A stretch of 64,000 bases of DNA from Alphaproteobacteria bacterium (lineage in GTDB: Bacteria > Pseudomonadota > Alphaproteobacteria > MPNO01), in NCBI GenBank assembly GCA_965202905.1, contig OZ241868.1, positions 900,879 through 964,878 of the forward strand. Direction: 5' to 3'. The notes beneath the pieces were generated by a model. The model worked only from the letters and a program-made list of their open reading frames with translations. It was not told the DNA's origin and did no database searches. The position numbers and the translations under genes are program-made. Positions 41,549 to 49,651 of this stretch are shown one piece after another. Each line of letters starts with the position of its first letter. Within the stretch, counting starts at the first letter, position 1.

Positions 41549-43058
41549 CGACGCCCAGCTCCTTCAGATAGCCAGCCATGCGCCCGCGCACCTCAGCCAA
41601 CTCGATCTCGATCGTGTTGATCTGCTTCTGCAGGGCGGCGACGTCGATTTCCTCCTCCGGCTCGAAGGTGTCGACGTAGCGGGGGATGTTGAGGTTGAAG
41701 TCGTTCTCGGCGATCTCCTCCGGGCTGGCGCGGTGCGCGTATTTCTCGATCTCCGCCCGCGAGGCATAGGTTTCCAGCACCTTGGTGATATGCGCCTCGT
41801 CCATCACGTTCTGGGTCTTGCCCGGCGTGAACTCCTTGCTGGCGTCAATGAACAGGATGTCGCGCCGATCCTCATTTGCGCCGCCCTGTTCACGGGAGCG
41901 GTCGAAGACCAGAATAGCCACCGGAATGCCCGTGGTCGTGAACAGGTTGGCGGGCAGCCCCACCACCGCGTCGAGCAGGTTTTCTTCGATCAGCGCTTGC
42001 CGAATCCGCCCCTCGGCTCCGCCCCGGAACAACACGCCATGCGGAACGATGACGGCCGCCCGGCCGCTCTGGCGCTTGGCGATCTCGATCATGTGGGTGA
42101 TGAAGCCGTAGTCGCCCTTGGACTTCGGCGGGATGCCACGCCAGTAGCGCTTGAACTGGTCGGTGTCCGCGTTTTCCGCCCCCCATTTGTCGAGGCTGAA
42201 CGGAGGATTCGCCACCACCACGTCGAACTTCATCAGGTGATCGCCCTCGACCAGAGCGGGGCTGTTGAGCGTGTCGCACCACTCGATGCGCGCGGCGTCC
42301 TTGGCGTGGAGAAACATGTTCATCCGCGCCAGCGCCCATGTCGCGCCGTTCACTTCCTGGCCATAAAGGGCGAAGTTCTCGGACCCGACTTCCTCGGCCG
42401 CCCGGATCAACAGCGAGCCGGACCCGCAGGCCGGGTCGCAGATCGTATCACCCGGCTTGGGTGCCGCCAGTTTCGCCAGCAGGCGGGAGACGGCGGAGGG
42501 CGTGTAGAACTCGCCGGCCTTCTTGCCCGCATCGGACGCAAACCGCGAGATCAGATAGATGTAGCATTCGCCGATGATGTCCTCGGTCACCCGCGAAGGG
42601 CGCAGGTCGAGCGCGGGCTTGGCGAAATCTTCCAGCACGTTCTTGAGGCGACGATTGCGGTCCTTGACGCGCCCGAGATTGGCCTCGGAGTTGAAGTCGA
42701 TGTTGCGGAACACCCCTGCGAGCTTGGCGCGGTTGGTATCTTCGATCCGCTCCAGCGCGATATTGATCCGCTCACCGATATCGGGCACGTTCCGCGCTTC
42801 ATAAAGATCGTAGAAGCTGGCGCCTTCATGGAGGACGAAACGCTCGCGCTCCAGCCTGCGGCGGATCCGGGTTTCGTCCCTGCCATACTGCTTGCGGTAA
42901 GTTTCGAGGTGATCGTTCCAGTGGTCAGAGATGTACTTCAGAAACAGCATCACAAGGATGTAGTCCTTGTACTGTCCGGCATCGACGACGCCCCGAAAAG
43001 TGTCGCAAGCGGCCCAGGCCGTCTGGTTGACCTGTTGCTGGGTGAGTTGGTCGGTCAT
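41541..43058 (-). CDS. hsdM: Type I restriction-modification DNA methyltransferase subunit
   Basis: N-terminal HsdM_N, SAM motif DPACGSGSLL, catalytic NPPF (VVANPPFS), C-terminal helical domain. Confidence 0.9.
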   Translation of the reverse strand: MTDQLTQQQVNQTAWAACDTFRGVVDAGQYKDYILVMLFLKYISDHWNDHLETYRKQYGRDETRIRRRLERERFVLHEGASFYDLYEARNVPDIGERINIALERIEDTNRAKLAGVFRNIDFNSEANLGRVKDRNRRLKNVLEDFAKPALDLRPSRVTEDIIGECYIYLISRFASDAGKKAGEFYTPSAVSRLLAKLAAPKPGDTICDPACGSGSLLIRAAEEVGSENFALYGQEVNGATWALARMNMFLHAKDAARIEWCDTLNSPALVEGDHLMKFDVVVANPPFSLDKWGAENADTDQFKRYWRGIPPKSKGDYGFITHMIEIAKRQSGRAAVIVPHGVLFRGGAEGRIRQALIEENLLDAVVGLPANLFTTTGIPVAILVFDRSREQGGANEDRRDILFIDASKEFTPGKTQNVMDEAHITKVLETYASRAEIEKYAHRASPEEIAENDFNLNIPRYVDTFEPEEEIDVAALQKQINTIEIELAEVRGRMAGYLKELGVGV

Positions 43059-43660
43059 TTGGACGTCCTTTCCTGCCTCGTCTTGGGACGCATCCTGCTC
43101 GCTTGCTCGACGAGGATCAGGCTCATCATCTTTCTTCGTATCTCGGCGGCGAGTTGAGACAGCTCCCGCTCCCGCTCGGCCAGCGCATCGACCGCGACTA
43201 TTCTTCTCTGTGTCTCGATGTCTGGGACATCGAGTTCGAGGTCATCAAGGCTGGATCGGGGGATCATCCGGATGTTCGTGCCACATGCCGCGACATCGAA
43301 GTGGCGCTGCGCCGGGGGCTGGTTGATCGCCCATGCTAGATACTCGGGCGTCACGACATCACGGTTCGGACGCAGCACCATCAGAGGGAGCACTGCAAGG
43401 GCGGGCTCCTGCAGACGCTCGTCCAGAGCGGAGGCCGTGTTGCGCTCACCCCGCGAGCGGAACACCACATCGCCGGCGCGAACGAAATAGCGGTCCGCCA
43501 AGTCTCCCAGCTGGACGCGGGTGAGGCGCTCCGGATCGAAGAGGCCGTCGGGGGAAATGTCCCGCAACTGGATTGCGAGCATACCCCCGACGGTCGTCGG
43601 CTCCAGTCTGCCGCGAGCGGTATAGCCGGTATGGATGGCACAGGCGTCAGCGAGGCGCAT
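43055..43660 (-). CDS. Single-TRD (half) HsdS-like specificity protein
   Basis: About 200 aa, with one target-recognition domain plus a conserved C-terminal coiled-coil region (RRIVAVDALAERERELSQLAAEIRRK). Overlaps the hsdM start. Start placed at MRLADAC (ATG 43660). Confidence 0.6.
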   Translation of the reverse strand: MRLADACAIHTGYTARGRLEPTTVGGMLAIQLRDISPDGLFDPERLTRVQLGDLADRYFVRAGDVVFRSRGERNTASALDERLQEPALAVLPLMVLRPNRDVVTPEYLAWAINQPPAQRHFDVAACGTNIRMIPRSSLDDLELDVPDIETQRRIVAVDALAERERELSQLAAEIRRKMMSLILVEQASRMRPKTRQERTSK

Positions 43661-43666
43661 CGAAAT

Positions 43667-43692
43667 TTCTCTGTAACTCTCTCTACAGAGAA
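43667..43692. promoter_or_regulatory. Perfect 9-bp inverted repeat (TTCTCTGTA-N8-TACAGAGAA) 7 nt upstream of the half-hsdS start
   Basis: Directly visible palindrome in the leader of the half-hsdS/hsdM operon. Candidate operator or RBS-occluding hairpin. Confidence 0.4.
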
Positions 43693-43813
43693 TAAGCGCG
43701 CGCAAGCCTGCTGTCAATGCTGAAAAGCGGCGCAAGCCCGCGCCGACGGACGCCGACCGAACGTCCGAGCGCTTCCGCGGCGCCCGACATGCGTAATCGC
43801 GGTTGGAGCGCGG

Positions 43814-44311
43814 TTAGTTAGCCGCGCGGCTCTCGACCAGATCGAGGACGGCGCGGACCATGTTGACGTAGCCGGTGCAGCGGCACAGGTGACCGCTCAG
43901 CATGTCGCGCAGATCCGCCTCGCCCGGCGCCGGGTTCTCCTCGAGATAGGCGCTGAGCGACATCAGGATACCGGGCGTACAATAGCCGCATTGCAGGCTG
44001 TGATGCTTGCGGAAGGCCCGTTGCAGATCGTTGAGTTCGCCATCGGCCGACGCCAGGCCTTCGGCGGTCTCGACGGTCTTGCCGTCGGCCTGGACGGCGA
44101 GGGTGAGGCAGGCGCGGGCCGCCTGTCCGTCGATCCGGACCGTACACGCCCCGCACACGCCATGCTCGCAGCCGACATGGACGCTGGTCAGCCCGAGCTC
44201 GTGCAGCAGAAAATCCGTCAGCAACATGCGCGGCTGGGCATGGCCCGCGACGCTCCGGCCGTTCAGCGTGAAGGCGACCCTGTGCCGGGCGTTGCGGTCT
44301 AGCTTCGGCAT
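43814..44311 (-). CDS. (2Fe-2S)-binding small subunit of a molybdenum hydroxylase (CoxS-like)
   Basis: CEHGVCGACTV and CGYCTPG ... HLCRCTGY, two [2Fe-2S] motifs. Start MPKLDRN (ATG 44311). Confidence 0.85.
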   Translation of the reverse strand: MPKLDRNARHRVAFTLNGRSVAGHAQPRMLLTDFLLHELGLTSVHVGCEHGVCGACTVRIDGQAARACLTLAVQADGKTVETAEGLASADGELNDLQRAFRKHHSLQCGYCTPGILMSLSAYLEENPAPGEADLRDMLSGHLCRCTGYVNMVRAVLDLVESRAAN

Positions 44312-45126
44312 GACTTGGCCTCTTCGATCGCGCGGCGGCCCAGCCGGCGCACCAGCTCGCGGCGGTAGCGCGCGGTCGCGTGCAGATCGTCGTAGCCGCC
44401 GAGCTCCCAGGCGAAGGCGTTCAGGGCCTCGTCGAGATCGCCGCCTTCCAGCATCGGCCAGTCCTTGACCGCCGGCCGGTCGGCGACGCCGCCGACGCCC
44501 AGCCGAAGACGATCCGACGAGGCGACGGCGGCCAGCGCGACGATGGCGAAATCGCCCCGGCGCCGGGCCATTTCGACGAACGCATACCCCTCGCCCGGGC
44601 GGGCGACGGGATAGCGCGCGGCGACGAGGATCTCGTCCGCGCGCCTGGCGGTCGTCAGCATACCGGTCTGGAAATCCGCCGCCGCCAGCACGCGCTCGCC
44701 AGACGCGCAGCGCAGCACCACCTCGCCGCCCAGCGTCGCCAGGCACAGCGGCAGTTCCGAGCTCGGGTCGGCATGGACCAGGGAGCCGCAGACCGTGCCG
44801 CGGCTCCGCGTCTGGTAATGCCCGACATGAGGCAGCGCCTTGGCCGCCAGCGGCAGGCGCGCGGCAAGCTCCGGCCAGCGCTCGAGCGCGCACTGGCGCG
44901 CGCCGGCGCCGATCTCGACGGTCTCGCCGTCGAGCCTGATGTAGGACAGCGACTCGACGCCGGAAATGTCGACCAGGATCCCGGGCTCGACCAGGCGGAA
45001 GTTGAGCATGGGCATCAGCGACTGGCCGCCGGCGAGGACGCGCGCGTCCTCGCCGCCATTCGCAAGCCCGGCAACCGCCTCCTCGACCGTCTCGGCGCGC
45101 AAATAATCGAACGCACACGGTTTCAT
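44299..45126 (-). CDS. FAD-binding medium subunit of a molybdenum hydroxylase (CoxM-like)
   Basis: MKPCAFDYLRAETVEEAV ... AGGQSLMPMLNFRL FAD-binding PCMH domain. Start ATG 45126. Confidence 0.8.
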   Translation of the reverse strand: MKPCAFDYLRAETVEEAVAGLANGGEDARVLAGGQSLMPMLNFRLVEPGILVDISGVESLSYIRLDGETVEIGAGARQCALERWPELAARLPLAAKALPHVGHYQTRSRGTVCGSLVHADPSSELPLCLATLGGEVVLRCASGERVLAAADFQTGMLTTARRADEILVAARYPVARPGEGYAFVEMARRRGDFAIVALAAVASSDRLRLGVGGVADRPAVKDWPMLEGGDLDEALNAFAWELGGYDDLHATARYRRELVRRLGRRAIEEAKSCRS

Positions 45127-48100
45127 CGCCCGAGCCCCAGCGCAGCCAAAAGCCGTTGCCAGACGGGCTGCGCAGGCGGCGCAGGCGCCGCTTCCCCGCC
45201 GCCTTCCCTGCCATCCCCGCCTGCCCTGCCATCGCCGCCGCCGACCTGCGCGCCCAGCCGCTGAAAGAACTGGCGGACCAGCGCCCGGGCGGCGCCTTCC
45301 AGCATGCGCCCGCCGACCGCGGCCACGGCGCCGGAGATCCCGACGGTGTATTCGTAGGAGACCCGCGTACCGCCGTCGGCCGGCGCGAGCCGCACCCGCC
45401 CTTCGCCTTGCGAGGAGCCGAGCGGTCCGGCGAGATCGCCGGAAATCCGCGCGGATTTCGGCGGATCCAGCTCCGACAGGCTGACATTCGCCTTGAACTT
45501 TCCGCGCACCGGCCCGGCGCCGAGGCTCGCCTCGGCGCGGTAGCTGTTCTCGGCCACGAGGCGAAGCGCGTGGCACCCGGGGATCACGGCGGCAAGCTTG
45601 TCGGGGTCGAGCAGTGTCCGCCAGACCTCCTCCGGCCCGGCGGGGAGCACGGTCTCGCCGGAACCCGCCAGCACATGACCCGCGGCCTTCTCCGCACCGG
45701 CCGGCTCCGCCCGGCCGGCCGGCGGCGGCGGTTCTTCAGCATGGATCAGCGCGCTGACGCCGGCGGGAGTCAACGGCAGGGTGACGTTCTCGACATCGAG
45801 CGCATCGCATACCGCGTTGGCGATGCAGACCGGCGTGGACATGCAGTTGCCCTCGCCGATCCCCTTGGCGCCCAAAGGCGTCAGGAGCGACGGCGTCTCC
45901 ATGTGCAGGATCACCGGCTCGGGCACCTCCCAGGACGTCGGAACCAGATAGTCGGCGAAGGTGCCGGTCAGAAAGCTGCCGTCCTCGCCATAGGCGAACT
46001 CCTCGTAAAGCGCGCAGCCGACGCCCCAGGCGAACGCGCCATGAATCTGGCCGTCGGCGAGCAGCGGGTTCAGGAGCTTGCCGGAATCGTGCATCGTCAC
46101 ATATTTGTCGATCCGGATCTCGGCCGTGTCGCGGTCGACCTCCACGCCGCAATAGTCGAAGACGAAGCCGTAGGTCAGCGAGGAGTTGATCTGGTCGGAA
46201 TCGTTGGGCGGCTCCATTTCCGGCGGCGACCAGGAGCCGGTCTCGCGAACGCCGGGCTCCATCCCGTCGGGCAGGTTGCCCGGCGTCCAATGGGCCGCGC
46301 CCGCGGCACGGTAGAGATCGATGGCGTTCTCCGGGTTGTCCGCGGCGAAGATTTTTCCCCCGGCGAACGTGAGGTTTTCGGCCGGCGCGTTCAGCGTCTG
46401 GCTCGCGATCCGGGCGAGCTTGGTGCGCGCCTTCTTGGCCGCGATGTCGGCCGCGACAGCGGTGGACGACGAGAACCGGGAGGAATAGTTACCGGTCGCG
46501 ATCGACCAAGCGTCCTTCGCGGTGTCGTGCTCCAAATTGACGTGGATGTTTTCGGGCCTGAGTCCCAGATTGTCGGCGACGATCTGGGACAGCACCGTCA
46601 TGTGGCCCTGGCCCTGCGGAATCGAGTCGGCCGTGACGTTGACGGCGCCCAGCGGGTCGACGTTTACGGTGGCGTTCGAGACCGCCCCCCCCTTGGGGTT
46701 CCGACGGCGCTCCTCGCGCGGCAGGATGTTGCTGAGATAGCCCATGTTGGACTGCGCCGGCTCGACGATCACGGCGTAGCCGACGCCGTAGAGCCGGCCC
46801 TCCTCGCGCGCCTCATCGCGCCGGCGCTTGAGATCGTCCAGCCCGCCCTGCGCCGCGCCGAGATTCACCGCCCGGGGAAAATCGCCCGAATCGAGCAGCG
46901 CCCCCGCGGCGGCGCGGTAAGGAAAGACCCCGGCCGGAACCAGGTTGCGGGAGATCACATCCAGGGGATCGAGCCCCAGCTCGACCGCGACGCGGTGGAC
47001 CAGCCGCTCGATGGCGTAATACATCTGCGGCCCGCCGAAGCCGCGGACCATCGCCGACGGGCACTTGTTGGTCATCACCACGCGGTTGGTGACCGCGAGG
47101 TTCCTGATGTCGTAGGCGCCGGTCAAGACGCCGTGCATACGGTAGAGCGGCCCCGGCATCGGCGCGCGCAGGAAGGCGCCGTAGTCGTCGAGCTGGTCGA
47201 AGCGGAAGGCCGTGATCTCGCCATCGGTCTTGACCGCGGCCGCGATCTCGATCACCCGGTTGGGCGCGGCGCTGGCGGCGCTGAGATGTTCGAGGCGGTC
47301 TTCGACCCATTTGACCGGCCGGCCGGCGACCTTGGAGGCCAGCCCCATCAAGACGACATAGGGAAAGATCTGTACCTTGACCCCGAAGCCGCCGCCGGAA
47401 AAGTTGGGCGTGCGCATGCGAAGCCTGGAGCTGGAGACCCGGAGCGCCTTCGAGATCACCGTATGGGTCGTATAGGGACCCTGAAAGTTCGAGGCCACGT
47501 CGTAGGATCCGGTCGCCGGGTCGTAATCCGCGGTCACCACATAGCCTTCGAGCGGGGTCTGGGAATTGCGCGGGTAGGAGATCTTGAGCCTGACCGTCCG
47601 GTCGGCCTCGGCGAACGCCTTGTCCGGGTCGCCGTAGACGAAGTCGCGCGTGGACACGACATTGCTGCCGACTTCCTCATGGACCAGCGGCGCGCCTTCG
47701 GCAGCCGCCTCTTCGGCGTCGACAGCGGGCTCGAGCGCGCGGTACTCGACCTCGATATGGGCCAGCGCATCCTCGGCCTGGTAACGGTCGCCCGCCAGCA
47801 CGAGGGCCACCGGCTCTCCGACATAGCGGACCCGGTCGACCGCAAGCGCCCATTGCAGCATCGGCTGGCGCAGGACGATCAGGAACGGATCGGAGATCTC
47901 CTTCAGCTCGTCCCCGGTCAACACCGCGGCGACGCCGGGCCGCGCCTTCGCCCCGGCGGTCTCCAGCGAGACGATCTCGGCATGGGCATGGGGCGAGCGC
48001 AGGATCGCGGCGTGCAGGGTCCCCGTCCGGGTCGGCAGATGGTCGGAGAACATCGCCCGACCGGTCAGCAGCGCCGCATCCTCGACGCGCTCGACCGCCC

Positions 48101-48137
48101 GACCGACGAACGTTTCGCGCTCAGCCTGTTCGGTCAT
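45123..48137 (-). CDS. Molybdopterin-binding large subunit (CoxL/xanthine dehydrogenase family) fused to a C-terminal CoxG-like SRPBCC domain
   Basis: 1004 aa. Aldehyde oxidase/xanthine dehydrogenase a/b hammerhead and MoCo-binding domains (GGGFG, GEPVALVLA), then a roughly 200-aa SRPBCC/CoxG-like tail. Confidence 0.85.
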   Translation of the reverse strand: MTEQAERETFVGRAVERVEDAALLTGRAMFSDHLPTRTGTLHAAILRSPHAHAEIVSLETAGAKARPGVAAVLTGDELKEISDPFLIVLRQPMLQWALAVDRVRYVGEPVALVLAGDRYQAEDALAHIEVEYRALEPAVDAEEAAAEGAPLVHEEVGSNVVSTRDFVYGDPDKAFAEADRTVRLKISYPRNSQTPLEGYVVTADYDPATGSYDVASNFQGPYTTHTVISKALRVSSSRLRMRTPNFSGGGFGVKVQIFPYVVLMGLASKVAGRPVKWVEDRLEHLSAASAAPNRVIEIAAAVKTDGEITAFRFDQLDDYGAFLRAPMPGPLYRMHGVLTGAYDIRNLAVTNRVVMTNKCPSAMVRGFGGPQMYYAIERLVHRVAVELGLDPLDVISRNLVPAGVFPYRAAAGALLDSGDFPRAVNLGAAQGGLDDLKRRRDEAREEGRLYGVGYAVIVEPAQSNMGYLSNILPREERRRNPKGGAVSNATVNVDPLGAVNVTADSIPQGQGHMTVLSQIVADNLGLRPENIHVNLEHDTAKDAWSIATGNYSSRFSSSTAVAADIAAKKARTKLARIASQTLNAPAENLTFAGGKIFAADNPENAIDLYRAAGAAHWTPGNLPDGMEPGVRETGSWSPPEMEPPNDSDQINSSLTYGFVFDYCGVEVDRDTAEIRIDKYVTMHDSGKLLNPLLADGQIHGAFAWGVGCALYEEFAYGEDGSFLTGTFADYLVPTSWEVPEPVILHMETPSLLTPLGAKGIGEGNCMSTPVCIANAVCDALDVENVTLPLTPAGVSALIHAEEPPPPAGRAEPAGAEKAAGHVLAGSGETVLPAGPEEVWRTLLDPDKLAAVIPGCHALRLVAENSYRAEASLGAGPVRGKFKANVSLSELDPPKSARISGDLAGPLGSSQGEGRVRLAPADGGTRVSYEYTVGISGAVAAVGGRMLEGAARALVRQFFQRLGAQVGGGDGRAGGDGREGGGEAAPAPPAQPVWQRLLAALGLGR

Positions 48138-48287
48138 CTCACCCTTCCCGCAGGCGGTCGCCCCAGCATGTGGCTAGGCATTGGGCATCTCCGAATCGAG
48201 CGATTCCCGCTCCGAGAGTGAACTGGACGCCGGCCCATTTGAATAAACAACCATAACCCAACTCGTCACACATTCCTTACGTATAGA

Positions 48288-48962
48288 TCATTGATGCGCA
48301 GGTAGATCATCAATGCGCAGGTATTCTCCCTCTTTGGACTGCTTCTCGTCCTTCTGACACCGGGTGATCTTACGAAGGCCTTTAGGAAGGGGGAGCTCTA
48401 ACCAAAGAGGCCGACCGTTCGGCTTCATCCAACTTGGCCAATCTCCGTGGTAAATGCGTTCGGACTCTCGGGGAGACATCAACACCAAATGCGGCACTAC
48501 AAGGTCTACGCCCGGTCCGTCTTTTCGGAAGATGTGTTTCAGACGCTTGACCTTAGATAGCAACTGTTTGTTTGTCCAGCCCGTGTCCCCCTTCGCTTCG
48601 ATAAGCATGAGGTGTGTTTTGTGATCGCTTTCATTCTGAAAACCTATGAGCAGATCTATATCCCGATGGTTCGCTTTAAAAAGCTCTAGATTTTTGTTGC
48701 AAATCAGGCCCGGCGCCGGATCATTTTCCGACAGACGATTTTTTTCCGCCAGATAGAGTGCGACTTGGATCCAATCCAGGTGGTAGTCCATAGCAACAAA
48801 CGCGTTGTCTGGAACTGAGATATTCAGAATTTGTTCCAATTTTCTTCTAAATTCAGGATCGAGACAGAAAGCCTCTACACCCAACGCTCTACTTAGGAGG
48901 ATGAAGCGCTCCTTTCGATTGAACGACTGGAGGTGTTCGATAATTTTTGGCGCTGGCTGCAT
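48288..48962 (-). CDS. Hypothetical protein with a PD-(D/E)xK nuclease-like motif, in a low-GC insert
   Basis: Only convincing ORF in a roughly 48% GC segment inside about 68% GC DNA. DIDLLIGF ... THLMLIEAKGD resembles the PD-(D/E)xK core (D ... ExK). Confidence 0.45.
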   Translation of the reverse strand: MQPAPKIIEHLQSFNRKERFILLSRALGVEAFCLDPEFRRKLEQILNISVPDNAFVAMDYHLDWIQVALYLAEKNRLSENDPAPGLICNKNLELFKANHRDIDLLIGFQNESDHKTHLMLIEAKGDTGWTNKQLLSKVKRLKHIFRKDGPGVDLVVPHLVLMSPRESERIYHGDWPSWMKPNGRPLWLELPLPKGLRKITRCQKDEKQSKEGEYLRIDDLPAHQ

Positions 48963-49651
48963 CTAAACCACCTATACTAGAGCGGACGGGATGTCCGCTT
49001 ACCCAGCCAAGCACACGCAGCGCGTGCTTCAACGCCCTCCGGCGACTTCCGCATCCAGCTCATCTCAACTCATACCGCCTCTCGTGGCGAACGTCCCGCC
49101 GGACGACATTATCGAAAAACTCCGCGAACCGGCCCGTCCCGAAGGCTCGAAGGCCGGCCCATCCCGAAGGAAATGTATCGGAACCAGCACATGGGGGGCA
49201 AGAGCGGCGGCGAAGCGTTTGAGGTCGGCTTCAGGACCCTGCGCGAACGATCCTGCTTCAGACAGCCCTCCCCCATCGAATAGGCGAGCGCGCGGCCCCG
49301 GCGTCGGCGCGCAGAGCATCGGCGCGCGCAGGAAGGCGCCGCAGTCGTCGAGCTGGTCGAAAATGGTCCTGGTGGGGGTACGAGACCAGCACGCCCGAGA
49401 GGCTGTCGTCATGTTCCCGGAATCCGGAAACCGCCGGCGGCAGGCTTTCGCGCGCACCCTCGTCGTCGGGCGCGTCGAGCGGCAGGCCGACATCGAGCGC
49501 AAGGCGTTTGCCTCGACTGTGCCTCGACTTCGATGCACGCGGCGACGATCGTCGGGCGGCTTGCCCACAAGCGCCCGACGGGACAGGATACCCTGGTATC
49601 TTCGTGCTGCAATATCTTCGCGCTGCAATCGCCGGTCGGGCGGGAGGGACG

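Noticed and set aside
41733-43157. 474-aa plus-strand ORF inside hsdM
   Set aside because: Antisense to hsdM, which shows the DPACGSG and NPPF motifs.
44380-48221. 294-aa and 1021-aa plus-strand ORFs across coxM/coxL
   Set aside because: Antisense to the molybdenum hydroxylase genes. Extreme Arg/Gly/Asp bias.
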